DNA of 64,000 bases from Stegostoma tigrinum (GCF_030684315.1 NC_081370.1:37962728-38026727); one strand, 5' to 3'; positions 1-14,506 are shown, numbered from the stretch's first letter. The notes: generated by a model not told the origin, from the sequence alone. Program-made: numbers and translations.

Positions 1-1076
1 AACCATTGTTTTAATGTTAAAAAAAACTCAACATTTCCAACAATAGTCTTTATTGATGATGAAGCACTGAGGATCCTTAAGAACAAGCAAAGTGTTAGAT
101 AAGTGCAATCAATTTCAGTCTCTATTCCTCTAAATGGAACTTCAAACCAAGCTGATCACCACAACATCACGTTGCAAACCTTTGCAAAGTAGGCTACAAA
201 ATGGAATCTTGCTGGGAGACAAAATGATCAGCATGTCACATTTGTAGCAGGTACGAGGGGAGGTGCAGGCTGGAAGGTGAAATCATTGCAGCTTTCTCTT
301 CAGTCGCCAAAAGGTCCAGCCATCCTTTGTCTCACACAAAGGATTCAGAAAACACTTACTTGGGACTCTGCCAAAACTATCAAACTATCTTGAAGACTGG
401 TCCACCTTCTAATGTATTCAGCAGGTCCTTAATACCTTTGGCATGCCCCATCAATACATTTGTTTTGACACAGCAAAAAAGTGGAAAATCAAATGATACA
501 GTACTTGAAGTATATCCACATAGAAATCACTAACTCAGACAGAAATGCAAGAAAGATGAGGCCAAAAAAAATTACTATATAGTGTGTGATAGACCCTTTG
601 AATATTAGAAGTTGGAGCTTGCGAAGACATTCGTCCAAAAATGGGATAAGGGAAATGATTTATTTAAAAATTCTGCTGGATCTATATTTAGAGACATTTG
701 AACAGGATGAGTTTGCTTTCAATGTAAAAGGGACAGAGTGTAAGAATTATTGGTCCCTGACTTGCAGCATCCCTTGCCCTGGAAACAATACCAGCAGGAA
801 GGAAAGAAAAAGTCACGTGGCCAGACAGAGACAACAGGCTAAGAAGTTGCTGCGGTAAAGACAAAGGCAGTGAGCACAGAGTGAAAGCATTCAGAAATAG
901 AGGAGCACAGAATCTTGTAAGGAAAGGAAGCAAATCTCTCTCAGGAAGAACTAATTTTTCTATTTGGAAGAATAGCAACAGGGCTTCTTGGAGGAAATCT
1001 GGAAAGTAGAGAAAATAGCTCAGAAACATCACAGAGTTGGATGTTTTCCTGGAGATGGGCCAAACTATGAACTGAA

Positions 1077-1752
1077 TTTGAGGTAACAAGGTGTAGAGCT
1101 GGATGAACTCAGCAGGCCAAGCAGCATCAGAGGAACAGGAAGGCTGACATTTCAGGCCTAGATCCTCCTTCAGAAATGAGGGAGGGAAAGGGGATTCTGA
1201 AATAAATAGGGAGAGAGGGGGAGGCGAATAGAAGATGGATAGAGAAGATACATAGAAAGGAGATAAACAGGTCAAAGAGGTGGGATGCAAGCAGGAAAGG
1301 CGGGTGTAGCTGGGGAGTTAGGTCAGTCCAGGGAGGATGGACAGGTCAAGGGGGCGGGATGAGGTTAGTAGGTAGGAAGTGGGGGTGGGGCTTGAGGTGG
1401 GAGGAAGGACAGGTTAGGCAGGTAGGTGGGGACAAGCTGTGCTGGTTTTGGGATGCGGCGGGGTGGGGGTGGGGGCAGGGGGGGGGGGGGGGGGGGGAAG
1501 ATGTTTGAAGCTTGTGAAGTCTACTTTGATACCATTGGGCTGCAGGGTTCCCAAGCGGAATACGAGTTGCTGTTCCTGCAACCTTCGGTTAGCATCGTTG
1601 TGGCACTGCAGGATGCCCAGGTTGGACATGTCGTCTGAGGAATGGGAGGGGGAGTTGAAATGTCTCGCGACTGGGAGATGTAGTTGTTTAGTTCCAACCG
1701 AGCGCAGGTGTTCTGCAAAGCTTTGCAGAACCAAGTGGAGGCTTGGGAACCT
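1077..1752 (-). mobile_element. PLE 3' fragment (GIY-YIG C-terminus plus terminus) with a small inversion at the truncation point
   Basis: ORF 1414-1734 matches FAEHLRSV...RRLQEQQL...LGTLQPNGI. Terminus motif GCTGGATGAACTCAGCAGGCCAAGCAGCATC. Confidence 0.88.
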
Positions 1753-2067
1753 GATGGGAGTCGTACCTATGCAACTGGTAGTTCAGTATTGTCAGATAAG
1801 ATTATTGGCCTACTCTAAGTAAAGACAAAAAGAACAGTATAAATAGCAGAACTATGTAACTATGCAGTACCTTGTGTTTATGGGAGTAAATAGGGATAAG
1901 ATCTGTAGCATCAGCTTAAAAACAAACTTTATCTAATTCAAAGCATCATTTGCCCATTAATTCATGTTTAACTTATATTGGTACTTTGAAATTTAAAATG
2001 ATTCCGAATCAGATAGATAAAAATCTTGCCTTAACATCTGAACTTGGGAAAAAAAAATGAATGCTAG

Positions 2068-2260
2068 AAATCAAACAAAAACAGAAATTGCTGGAAAAGC
2101 TCAGCAGTTAGTGTTTCAGGGCCAGTGATCTTTTCAGAGTTCTGAGTGAATGGCAGATTTGAGGAAGGGTCATGGGACTCAAAAAGTTAACATTGATTTG
2201 CCTCCATAGATGCAGCCAGACCTGCTGAGATTTGCCATCACTGGTTTTTGTTTCTGGATT
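2068..2260. mobile_element. Old fold-back PLE-terminus mini-element (family B)
   Basis: AAACAAAAACAGAAATTGCTGGAAAAGCTCAGCAG pairs imperfectly with CTGCTGAGATTTGCCATCACTGGTTTTTGTTT. Confidence 0.65.
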
Positions 2261-4276
2261 TAAGAGTTGTTTTGTGAATTTGGTTAGCTTTCTTTGCTCC
2301 TGCCTCCCAAAAGAAAAAGGGAGAGCCTAGGTGGGGAGCAAGGAAGAACAGTGGAAATAAACTGACCAAGAAAGTGAATGAAATGTCAGTGCTGAATGAC
2401 ATGAGAGTGAGTTCATGTGTGTGCTTGTGCCTGCATGTGTATGGGGTGAGTGAGTGATGGAAAAAATACCCCATATTATCCATAGCATAAATAAAACAGC
2501 AATAACTAAAATCAAAATTTAATCTGAGAAATAGAAGGGCTGAATAATCCAGGGAAGAAATTTTTCACTCATCACTAGTAACAGGAGAAGAGAGAAAACT
2601 TGAGTAATAGGAAATAACTTTTGGCAACTCAGGTTGTTTAGTAAAATCCCACACTCCTGGAGAGCTGAGAATGATGCATGTCGACAGTGCACATTAAAGT
2701 AGTATCATTAAACACAACATGAACAATGCTGATAGGAACCATCTGGTGACTGACATTATCAGGAACAGTCTCATGGGGGAGGATATTTTAATTTGGCCCA
2801 TGCAAGCAAGGTGTAACTTTCCAGTTGAACAGGCTGTACGCTAGATTTTGACAAACATCATTTAAAAAAAATTGTTCACTATACATGAAACTTGTTGACA
2901 AGACAACTCGTGTACTGTCACCCTTAGAAGGTTGGTGCATCGAAAATGAACAATTAGAGATTTCATGCGACGACCCCCCACATTTCTGATGTGGAGCTGC
3001 CTCCATGCCTGAACCTGGAGATGAGAATTCTCATTCTGGTTGGTCCAAGGCACTTTGTTTTATTTTAAATAGTATAAGTCAACAGCTGTGCTGTAGCAAG
3101 AGCAGTCAATTGGCGCACAGTATGCTCCCACAAACAGCATTGGGAAATAATCAGTTAATTTGTTAATTTTTTTATTGTGTTGGCTCAGGGATAGATAATG
3201 GGCCAGGAGTGGTCTTCTGCCCCTACAATTGTGTCTTGGAACATTTGCTGGACAGTCTTTTTACTAATGGCATCTCCAACAGTGCAGCACTCACTTGGTA
3301 CAGCACTTGGAAAATCAGCACAGATTAACAGGGTGAGGCTTGAACCCATGACCTTCTAACAAAATAGAAAAAGAGTGCTACCACTGAGTGGGTAATAGTG
3401 TCAAAAATTCATGAGTGTCACAAGTAATGCCATAATTTTATTGTCTACAATGATTAAATTACCCTCAAGATGATGTAGTGAGTTGCTTTCTTGAACCACT
3501 AGGTACAAATTGCAGAGTACTGTTCAGAAGGGAGTTCCTGGATTTGACAGTGAAGGAACAGCAATATATTTCCAAGTCTGGATGGTGTGACTCGAAAAAG
3601 GAACTTGCTGATGGTGGTGCTCCATTGCACCTATTGACCACGTCCTCCTGGGTGACAGAGACAGAGTGTGGAGGGTGTTGTCAAAGCAGCCTTGGTAAGT
3701 TGTTGCAGGGATTCTTTTAGATAGTATATACTGCTGCCACATTGCACTGGTGATTTTTGGAATGTGTCTTTAAGTTGGTGGATGGAGTGCCAATCAAGCA
3801 GGCTCCTTAGTCCTCAACTTTGAGCTTCTCAACTCCTCTCGATGGAGCTATTCTCCACCTGCCTGGGTCTCTGCATCTTCTCAGTCTTGACCTTTACATT
3901 GCAGATGGAGGACAGGCATGGGGGAAGTCACTAGATAAGTTACCTAGCTTGGAATTCCTCAGAGTCTGACCTATTCTCATAGCTGCAGTATTTCAGTGGT
4001 TGGGTCTAATCCAGTTCAGTTTCTTGCAAAGACAGACCACAAACCCTGAGCACCCCCCGTCTGGAAGGCATGATCAGAATAGTAGGCTTCCCTCCCAAAA
4101 GAATGACCAAGTAGTAGCTTCACAGTCAACTTCTGCTATCAGCTAATAAACTGACGTGAATTATTGAACACATTACATGGCTGAGAGTGCACACTCTGGG
4201 CCTTGGATACACCATGGTACCCATCTGCACAGACATCTACTGACAACCAACAACAGAAAGGCAATGTTGTACATAC

Positions 4277-4394
4277 ACATCGACAGGAATCCTGAGCAGG
4301 GTGGGAAGCAGCACAGAAACGTCAGACATAGCAAGTAGGCGGGGTTCCAGCAGCTGCAGAATACACAGGCCAGTGCTGAACATTACATTGATAC
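4277..4394 (-). CDS. TBC gene exon 9 (GINVMFSTGLCILQLLEPRLLAMSDVSVLLPTLLRIPVDV)
   Basis: Strong acceptor TTTCTTTTGCTTTTCACCCCCTAG. Phase 1 completes the Gly after IWD...D and resembles the usual C-terminal TBC helix. Probable donor GT|GTATGT. Follows a 21-kb intron; absent from the ORF track. Confidence 0.85.
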
Positions 4395-5569
4395 CTAGGG
4401 GGTGAAAAGCAAAAGAAATAGGACTTAAAAAAAAAACAGCAGTAATTCAAACTAAATAACGTTCCCTCCCATCTCTCAGCTAGGGTAGCATGTTTTCCAC
4501 GGAGTCAGAACTTTAGGTCTAAATCCTAAACACAAAAGACTGTGAAATCACCTTGATAACAATCAAATATGGTGTTTATCCACATCAAACTGAAATGCAG
4601 CAATAATTTGTTAATGCTTTAAGATCAGCTTGCACCAGGGTGTCCTGTTCAATCAAACTCTGTAATCATATTTAAAAGGAGACACTGCTTAATGAAACTT
4701 AGGTAGTTTCTACAAAATATCAAGCCGTTCAGCTCCTTCCCTTCTGTGGGAAGGCTTTGAACAAACTTGAATATATTTGCAGGGCACTGTCAGAGAAATG
4801 GGGGAGGAGAATGCTTATCTTTAAAACACAATGAAAGGTTGTGGTCTGGAATGTGCTACCTGAACAACTAGTAGAGAGAGATTCTGGAGTAACTTTCAAA
4901 AAGGAGTTGGATAAATACTTGAAGGGAATAGCTTTGCAGCACTGCAGGGGAAAACGCAGAGGGGACAACTTATGCCTTTTCAAAGAGCTGGCACAGACAT
5001 AAATCAAATAGGCTCCTTCTGTACTTCAGGATTCTATAATTTGTCCCTCAGAGGCCCTCACCCTGCAAGCAATCTCGCTCAGTGGAATTTTGACTTGATC
5101 ATGCAAACAGAGTCAGACTGCAGTACAAACGGGTTTTACAAACTGTCAAAGTCTGTTTTCTGGTGTTTCCTCCACATCTTGGTGCACACCCTCAAAGTAA
5201 TATTGCTCCTCCAAAAATTCCACATTCTCCTTACTCACCACGCAAAAACATTTTTCCCCAAACACCTACTATTTCTTTCTTGACAAGGGAACAATGTCAA
5301 AAATTAGAGTAAGCCCATTCAGAGTGAAACCAGGAAGTTATTACTCCCACACAAAGGGAGTCAAAGTATGATTTTTGTTTTAAAACAGTGCAATCAAAAT
5401 CAGGACCATCTAGGAGAGGATTGGCCCAGATTATAACATAAACAACACGGAGTGGCCATTCAACCCAACAGATCCATGCTGGCATTAATGTTCCATACAA
5501 GCTTCTACTCAACCCATCCCCCATCACCCTATTAGTATATACCTACTCCTTTCTGCCTCATGTTTATCC

Positions 5570-8500
5570 AGAATCAGAGTTGTAGTGTAATACAGTATGG
5601 AAACAGGTCCTTTGGTCCAAACTGGTCTATGCTGGCCACGGAGCCCACCCAGCTAGCTCCAATTGCCCACATATTTGGTTCATTTCCCTCTAAAAACTCT
5701 TCCCATCCATGTACCTATCCAATTGTCTTTTTAAAAAATGTTGTTATTAGCACCTGTCTCAACTACTCTCTCTGGAAACCCATTCCATACAGCACCATCC
5801 TCTGCATGAAGAGGTTGCACCCGAGGTCCTTCTTAAAGCTTTCCCAACTCATCTTATACTTGTGCCGTCTAGTGTTTTACCCAGGGATGGGGAATTGAAG
5901 ACTATGCATTCATCCTATCTATGCCCCTCATGATTTTACACACCTGAATAAGATCACCTCTCATTCTCTTACATTCCTTGGAATAAAGTCCCATCACTGA
6001 CAACCTCTTCCCATGACTCAGACCTACTAGTCCTGGCAACATCCTCGCAAATCTTTTCACACTTTCCAGTTTAACTATGTCTTTCCCATTATAGACAGTG
6101 GCCAAAAGTGTGCACAATAATCTAAGTGCAGCCTCACCAACGACTTACGCAACAATAACAACTTCCCAACTCCTATACTCATTGCCATGACCAATGAAGG
6201 CCAGCAAGCTAAACGCCTTCTTCACCACCGTGAATACCTGCGATGCTGCTTTCAATGAAATATGTACTAGTACTCCTAGACCCCTGTTCCACACACTCTT
6301 CAGGACCTTACCATTTACCATATATTTCGTACCTTCGTTTGACCTTCCAAAATGCAAAACCTCATTTATCCACATTAAATTGCATTTGCCAACCTTCAGC
6401 CCACTTCCCGTTCTGATCAAGATCCTTCTGTAATTTTTGATAATCTTCCTCACTATCAACAATACCTCTTAATTTTTTATCACCTGCAAACATTCTAATC
6501 ATGCCTTGTATATTCACATCCACATCATTTATGTAAATAACAAATAACAAAGATCCCAGCACCAACCCATGAGGCACATACTAGTCACAGGCCTCCAGTC
6601 TGAGAAACAACCTTCAACCATCACCCTCTCCTTCCTACCATCAAGCCAATTTTGAATCCAATTAGCTAGCTCTCCCTGGATTTCATGCAGCCTAACCTTC
6701 ATGACATGACCTTGTCAAAGGCCTTACTAAAGTCCATAGGATAGGCCAGTGGACAATATCCACTGGCCTCTCCTGATCTATCATCTTGCTTATCTCTTGG
6801 AAAAATCTAAAAGATTTGTCAAACATGAACTCCAGGCACACAAATCCATGTTGCTAATTGCTAATCAGACCTTGACTGTCCAAAGGAGGTAGACAAAAGA
6901 GGAGGCTGGAAGAACACAGCAAGCCAGGCAGCATCTGGAGGAAAGGAGAAGTCAACATTTCAGGTATTACCCTTCTTCAGGAATGGATGTGGTGCGTAGA
7001 GGGAGCTGCAGATAAAGAGGGGTGGGGGGGGGCACAGGGGAATGGCAGTGATAAGGGGCTACTAGTAGGTACAACCTGGTTTCTTGGTGGGAGGGACAAA
7101 TCTAGTTGGTAGCTAGATGGGAGAATCAGTAGGTGGAATGGAAGGTTTGATGGGGGTGGTGCAAGGGGCAGGGAGCAGAGACTGGAAAAGGGAGCTGGGG
7201 ATGGGAGGGAAGGTTATTTGAAATTAGGGAACTCAATGTTGTCACCCTCCAGGATGCAGGGTGCCCAGGTGGAAGAAACAGTGTTGTTCTCAAATTTGCA
7301 TTCTGAATCACCATGACACTGGGGAAAGTCAAGGACAGACATGTCAGATGGGGAGTGGGGTGGGGGCACGATGGAGTCGAAATGGGTGGTAACAGTTATG
7401 GTCCAGGCATAGATGCTTGGTGTTAAGCAAGCATCTAGTCCATGTTTGGTCTCACCGACGTAGAGAAGACCACATCAGGAGCACTGGAAGCAGTAGACTG
7501 GACTGGTGAAGCTCTGTCTCACCTGGAAGGACTCAGCAGATGCGACAAAGATAGAGGAATTAAGAAAATGTGATGGAGATTTTGCAGGATATAGGGTGGG
7601 AGGTAGTGTAATCTAGGTAGCGATGGGAATCTGTGGGTTCATATTAAATGTTGGTCTGTAAACGGTCACCAGAAATGGTGATAAAGAGGTCAAGGAAGGG
7701 GAGGGAGTGGCTGAGCCCAAATGAATTGAGAGCAGGGAGGAAGTTGTTAATGAAGTTGATTAACTTCTCCAGTTCAGTCTGGGTGCATAATGCAGTCAGT
7801 CATCGATGTAACGGCAGAAGAGTTGGGGAACAGTACAAGTGTTTGCACTGAAGAGGGATTGTTCGAAATAACCGACAAAGAGGGAGGCATAGCTGGGGCC
7901 CATGTGAGTGCCCATGGCAACCCACTGGATTCAGAGAAAGTAGGAAGAATTGAAGTAAAAATTATCATAAGTGAGGACATAAGAGCAGAGTGTTGGTGGG
8001 GTCGATGAGAGAAGAGAAAACCAAGGGCCTGCAGGCCATCCTTTTGGGGTATAGACGTGTATAGGAACTGCGTATACACAGTAAAGCTGAAGGGCTGGGG
8101 AGGAGGGGCAGGGGAATGGCAGGGCATAGTGTCCTGGATGTCAGTGGGGAATGCCTGGACCAACTGAGAGAGAATGGAGTTGAGGTAGGAAGAGAGGAGT
8201 TCGGTGGGGCAGGAGCATGTGGAGATGATGGGTCAGCTGGGTGAATTGGGCTTGTGGATCTTGGGGAGCAGGTAGATCTGGGCAGTACAAGGCTATCCAA
8301 AATGTTGGTTGATCCTGTCTCTCAGTTTCCTCTCCAGTAACATGCCTACCACTGATGTCAGACTCATTGACCTGTAGCTTCCTGGCTTGTCTTTGCTATC
8401 TCTCAAGCGATGGAACAACATTAGCCACCTTCCAGTTTTCTGGAACTTCACCAGTAGCTAAAGATGAAGCAAAAATCTCTGCAAGAGCCTCTGCAATTTC

Positions 8501-8610
8501 TTCCCAAGCCTCCCACAATGTCCAAGAATGGGCTTGAACAGGCCCAGGGGATTTATCCACCTTAATGTGAGCTAAAGGCCCCCAACTCTTCCTCTCTGAT
8601 AACATGTACA
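5570..8610 (-). mobile_element. CR1 LINE 3' part, split by the PLE at 6893-8320
   Basis: KSPGP...WKVANVVP, P.GLVLGSLLFVIYIND...FAGD, and MRGDLIQVCKIMRGIDR. Confidence 0.85.
6893..8320 (-). mobile_element. Decayed PLE (RT and EN remnants) nested in a CR1 relic
   Basis: RT remnants in ORFs 7774-8163 and 7965-8300. Terminus motif GCTGGAAGAACACAGCAAGCCAGGCAGCATC at about 6905. CR1 sequence resumes on the far side. Confidence 0.75.
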
Positions 8611-9225
8611 TTTACAATGCATTTATACCATTTGCCTGAACCATTCTGGTAGGACCAAGTTCTACATTCTCAACGCTCTTCTGGTAAAGAGGTTTCATCC
8701 AAATTCTCTGTTAGATATATTACCTTATATTTGCGGCCCTGAGTACTGGCGCCAGATAGCAAAGGTGAAAAATCTTCTCCCTCTGCCCGTGCAAACTCTT
8801 CTGTAATCTTAAATTTCTCAAATCACCCCTCAGTTTTCTGTATGCTGAAGAAAAAAGCTCCAACCGATGCAGACTTTCCTAATGGCTATACCTTTCCCTT
8901 CTGTCTTCCTAATACTGTGCACTGTACCTGCAATTGCTGCAGCATCAGCAGAATCCAGCATTGATGTTGGCCATTCTCCAACAACTACATTTTCCCATGA
9001 TCCAGCTTCACAATCTCTTTAGGAAGTGTTATATTTTGACAACTGCTGATGTGATGTCCTTTCCAACTCTTGAGCTGATTAGTGTCAGGGCTGTTTTCAA
9101 TTTGCTTTATCTGTGGATCACAGACAACTGTCTTCAGTTGCAAAAACCCTCTGCACAATGTCACCGAGTCAAAAGTAGTAGATTGATTGAGATTGGACTG
9201 TTATTTAACTATAGTCCTAGTGTCA

Positions 9226-9410
9226 TAAACACAAAAACAGAAGTTGCTGGAAAGCTCAGCAGGTCTGGCAGCATCTATGAAGAAGAAAAAAAAAATCTGC
9301 ATTAGCGTTTCGGGTCTGGTGACCCTTCATAAGTGCTGCAAGACCTGCTGAGCATTTCTAGCAACTGTTTTTTCCAATGTACAGCATCCGTAGTTCTTTC
9401 AGTTTTTTTT
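9226..9410. mobile_element. Fold-back PLE-terminus mini-element (family B)
   Basis: GTTGCTGGAAAGCTCAGCAGGTCTGGCAGCA pairs with TGCTGCAAGACCTGCTGAGCATTTCTAGCAAC. Hammerhead stem II remnant GAAGGGTCACCAGACCCGAAAC on the minus strand. Confidence 0.75.
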
Positions 9411-10229
9411 CCCCTGGAGTACAGCACAGAAACAGACCCTTCAGTCCAACTCCTCCATGCAGGCCAGATATCCTAAATTGAACTAGTTCCATTTGCCAGC
9501 ATTTGATCCATATCCCTCAAAACCCTTCCTATTCACATACCTATCCAGGTGCCTGTTAATGTACTTGTAGAAGACTCCACCACAAATGGAGAGAAATAGG
9601 GGACAACAGTGTCACTTTTCTGCATTTTCCGAGAACCTTATCCCCCAGTTACATCCATACAGGCCCAATGGGAGGGGAAGCAGTTTTAAATACATTCTTA
9701 GGAAATGAATGTGGAGAGGTGAATGAAGTAGTGGTGGGTGGCCATTTTGGAAACAGTGATAATAATAATGTTGGATGTCATAGCATTATGAAAAGATAAA
9801 ACGGATGTTCAAATTCTAAAGTTTTGTGTGCACGTGTTGCAAATGGCAAATTTTCCAAAGTGGTGATAACTAGCAAAAATAGACTGAATACAGCTCCTTG
9901 AAGGAAAATCTGAGGCATTCAACCAATGCAGTGTTGTGGACAGCGTGGACATGTCCCTGCACTGTGTTACTGCCAAATCTAGAGCACTCAATTACCCAGA
10001 AGCAAACAGGGCAAGAAAAAGCAGAAAGTAAAACTTGGGATAATCTAAAAAAAACCTTCAGGAATTTTGAGCATAGAAGACACAGAGGTGAAGTGAAACA
10101 GGGAATTAAGAAAGCAAAAAAGAGGATACAAAAAAAGCAAAGGAAAATCCGTACGTATTTTATTTGTGCAATGAGAGCTAGAAAATGACGAAGGGAAGGT
10201 GGATAAATAACAGGGCCAGATGAATTGTA

Positions 10230-11490
10230 TATAATGCTGTTAAAAGAAGGCAGAGAGAAAATAGCAGATGCTCTGAGCATTTTGCAATGGAGAATTAGAG
10301 GTCTACAACACATTGCACCATCACTCAAAAATGATGCTTGAAACAGGTCAAATAATTAGACGCAAGTCAGTATGACCTCTGTGGGCAAATTACTAGAAAT
10401 AATACTGAGATAGGATTAACTTAATTAAAAAGGTAAAGATAAATCAAGGGCAGCAAGATTTTAGTTAGTGGAAAGTAATGTCTTACAAACTTAATTCAAT
10501 TTTTTCAGGGAGGAACAAGGAGTGGTGACGAGGTTTGTGTAGTCGATAGCATCTATACGGATTTCAGTAAGGCATTTGACAAGGTTGCAAATGGCATACT
10601 GAACAGGAAAGTAAATTCCATGGGACACAGTAATGTGACAAGTTGCGTCCAAAATTGGATCTGTGACAGCAATAAAGTCTGTGCAACTGAAAAGCAATTT
10701 TTAATGGCATACCATAGGGCTCAATTTTATTATGTATTAATGACAGACTTGATTGTGGGAGGCATGATTGGGAAAATTTCAGGTAACAGAAGTTGGCAAG
10801 TAATTACTAATGAAAAGAATGGCTGTCGACTGCAGAATGGTATCAATGGTTTGGATGAGTAGATACAGAAGTTTTAAATGGAATTCAATCCAGAGAAATG
10901 TAAGGTTATGCAAAGGAGGGGAGCCACAAAGTGGAGAACATTCGGGGGGGGGGGGGGGGAGAAGTACAGGAAGAGAGAGACCTTAAGTATATATCCACCG
11001 GCCCCCGAAGGTAGCAGCACAGGTAGAGAAAAGAGGAGATTTACACCAAGGATCGAAAATAGCAGCTATGAGGAAAGATTGGATAAGTTAGGGCTATCCT
11101 TAGAGCTGGGGCAGCTCACAGATGCTTTAAAAATTGAGGGGAATAAAATCATGAGTTGGATGGAGTGGACTCGGAAGACATTTTTCCCCTGGTGTAAGGA
11201 TCAATTACCAGGGGGCACAGGTTAAAGGTACAGGAATTAGAGGGGTCATGAAGGAAAACTTTTACACGCAGAGAGACTTTGCAGCTTGTCTAGTTGGAGG
11301 CAGACACCTTCAACCTACTTAAGAGGAATCAGAGTCTGTACCTATAGCACTGTAACCTGCAAAAGCTACACAGACCAGGAACCAGAATGAGAGATTAGAA
11401 TAGATGGCTAGTGTGCCCTGGCTGAATAAGTGTGATGAGCTGAACGATCTCTGTCTGTGCAGTCAATTTTCCTTTGGTTCTACATGAATG
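10230..11490 (+). mobile_element. CR1 LINE relic
   Basis: DFSKAFDKV, MEFNPEKCKVM and SYEERLDKLGL remnants. Confidence 0.75.
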
Positions 11491-11845
11491 GCTGCTAATG
11501 CGCTTCGCTACTCAGGTAAAAACAGCTCTAAAATCGAAAAAGAAATTCAGTAGAAAACTCTTTGCTGTGAAGAAATGGTGACCACACGGAACCTGCTACT
11601 ATAAAAAAGTCAATGTAAATACACTAGATGCATTTAAAGCTAAAGAGAAATTGGAAAGGAATAAGTTATGTTGATAGGATGAGATGAAGTGTATAGGTCT
11701 GGGAATGTTATACAAGAGCATAAGCACTTGGAGCAGACATTTGTACGTACAATCGTATATTCTTTACTTTTTAAGTTACTATGCAAGTGAACCATTGAGC
11801 TATTTGATCCTGCTCAGCCATGCAATAAGACTATGGCTGATCTGA

Positions 11846-12068
11846 AACAAAACACAAAAAACTGTCAAAATTCAGCAGGTCTGGCAGCATCTGAGGGGAC
11901 AAAACATAGAGTTAATGTTTCAAGCCCAGTCACTGGACAACACTTGTGAAGAATCACTGGCCTTGAAACATTAACTCAGTTTTCTCTACACAGATGCTGC
12001 CAGACCTGCTGAGTTTCTCCAGGATTTGTTTCAAATCACCAGCATCTGCAGTTCTTTGCTCAAATTTC
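11846..12068. mobile_element. Fold-back PLE-terminus mini-element (family B)
   Basis: CAGCAGGTCTGGCAGCATCTG pairs with CAGATGCTGCCAGACCTGCTG. Near-TSD ATGGCTGATCTGA / ATGACTGATCTGA at 11833-45 and 12069-81. Confidence 0.8.
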
Positions 12069-13794
12069 ATGACTGATCTGATTGCCATTTACCACCCAAT
12101 AACTTCTAATCTAAGGGCTCTGTATCTATCTCTGCCTGGAAAAGAGAGTTAATGGCTCCAACTCCACCTGAGGCAGAGAAGCCTAATGCTCCATCACCCT
12201 TCAGAGAAGAGATTTCCCCTCAACTTGGTCTTGAAAAGGCAACTAGTAATTTTACAACAGTACCCCACAGTTGCAAGAGGAATTATCCTTATCAACACCA
12301 TTCAGAATTGAATAGGTTTTAAAATCAAATCATCCCTCACTCTTAAAATGCTAGTAAAAATAAGCCCAGCTTGTCCAATTTATCCTCTTAAGGCAACTGA
12401 TTCACTGCAGGAAATCAAACAATCATCCTCTGAATCAGCTCCACTGCATGTACATCCTTCCTAAAGGAAGGAGACTGAAATCGCCAAACTGTGCTGTAAT
12501 TAATTTTAGATGATATGTTTTCAAAACAGATCAGGTACAAAATCTGTATGATATGAAAACAGATGTTAATAAGACTACACATTTAGCATGTTGGTACAAA
12601 CATTATATTAATCTGATATGTAAAATAATGTATGCACACCTATTTAACTTCCACAATAAACTGAGGCACTGTCTGTCCTCAGGCAGAAGTGAGCGATTGG
12701 TTTCTATAATCAAGGAGGGTAGTTGATTTCTCCTAAGTGTCCTGGGCAATTCTTAATACTTACCACAGAATTGTAGACTGGTTACAGCACAGGAGGCCAT
12801 GTACCTGAGTGAGCTTTTGCCAATTCTTGGGAGGGCATGTATATCATCCTACTCCATGTCCTTTCCACATAGCTCTTCCAAGCTTTTCCTTTTGAAAGCC
12901 ACACTTCAGTTTACAGTACCCAAAGTCACTGCATTACAGATCCTGGCAACTCATTGTGTAAAATGTTTTCCTTATAGTGCCTTTGATACTTTTGCCAATC
13001 ACCTTAACCTAGTGCAATCTGTTTCTCCAGCCTTTCACCAATGGAACCCCCAGGTTCTTGCTCTGTACTTACTTTGTATTGAGTTGAACATCTTGATTGA
13101 ATCAATTTTCAGTTTTCTCTCTGCTTCGAGGGAGATCAGCCCCAGCTTCTCCAATTTACCCACACAACTGAAATCCATCATCCCTGGGACTATTCTCTAC
13201 ATCATTCTGAAAGGCATCACACCATCTCAAAATCCAGGGCACTGAATTGGATGCAAGGCTGCAGCTGAGACCAAACATCGCTTTGTATAGTTTCCTTGTA
13301 ACTTCCTTAATGAATACGAACATTGTTTGTCAATGCTGTGCATGAGGTGACACTCAGCATCAGAGAGATGTGGAAGTATGGGAGGGGGCCATTTGGCCAG
13401 CCTCCAAATGAGCAATTTGCTTAGTGCCAATCTTGATTTTTCACTAATAAGCCTGAATTCTTCTTTCTCACAAGACAATTTGTTTTCCTTTAAATGCTAC
13501 TATTGAACTTGCCTCCACCACACTTTCAGGCATGCATTCCAGATCTCAAAAACTCACCTCATGAAAACAATTTTTTCTTCATGTCTCTATTGCTTCTTTA
13601 ACTGAATTGTCAAAATATGTTCCCTTGTTCTCAAATCCTTAAACCAACAGAAAAATTGTTTTTACCCTATCCACTCTGTTGAGATTGCTCTTGATTTCAC
13701 ATACTTCTCCTTTTAACCATCTCTTCCCCAGGGAAAACAGTCCCAACTTACCAATGTAACAAGTCCTTTATCTCTAGAGCCATTTTCATGAATG

Positions 13795-14506
13795 TGTTAT
13801 GGATCAGACCAGACCCCCTCAAAATATATTAAGGTAGCCTAGACCCTAACCTTTTCTTTTTTTAAAAAAAAATGTAAAAGTCAGGTTTTATGTTCCGGAT
13901 GCAATTCAGTTGCTCAAACTACAACTAAACAAAGCACAATTTATTCAAACACCATAGTTAAACTACAACAAAAGAAAGAAATGCTTAGAATAACTTAACA
14001 GAATAATAGATACAGTAACTATTACTAATTACCTCTTCCAATATAGTGACATCTCCTAAACACACCCTTAGCAACAGGCAAATTCAGAAAACATGCTTGG
14101 GAACTTGGAGGCAGGATCTTCACCAACAGCCTGTTGAAATAGGCTCCAATGCTTCTAAGAGTTATGGCTTCACTTTGCTGTGATGAAGGAGGTAAAGCTG
14201 CACTGTTGGCTTAACACACTTCCAATTAGCACACCAAGGTGGGCCTTCAACACCAGAAGTGGCCATTTTGTCACATGGCTAAACTCAGCTTGTTGAATTG
14301 TTTCAATGGACAATTCTGGGATTTTTAAGTCAGCTGCTGGTCAATTTCAGACTGAATTGACAACCTGCCTCAGATCCTCCATCACTGCTTCCAAGTTGCT
14401 GGATGGAATGAAACCTACATTTTGCCTCATAAAAAGGAGGAAAACTACTGGGACCAGCTCACTGAGGAAACTATTGCTGATTACTGACCTCTGGTGAACT
14501 GCAACA
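13795..14506. mobile_element. Probable solo LTR of another Gypsy-type family
   Basis: TGTTA...CAACA ends, near-TSD AATG/CATG, and composition similar to the 59984 LTR. Confidence 0.5.

Noticed and set aside
354-430. Candidate TBC exon 10 ending at a GTAAGT donor (359-354, minus strand)
   Set aside because: There is no good acceptor in the required phase and no recognisable homology.
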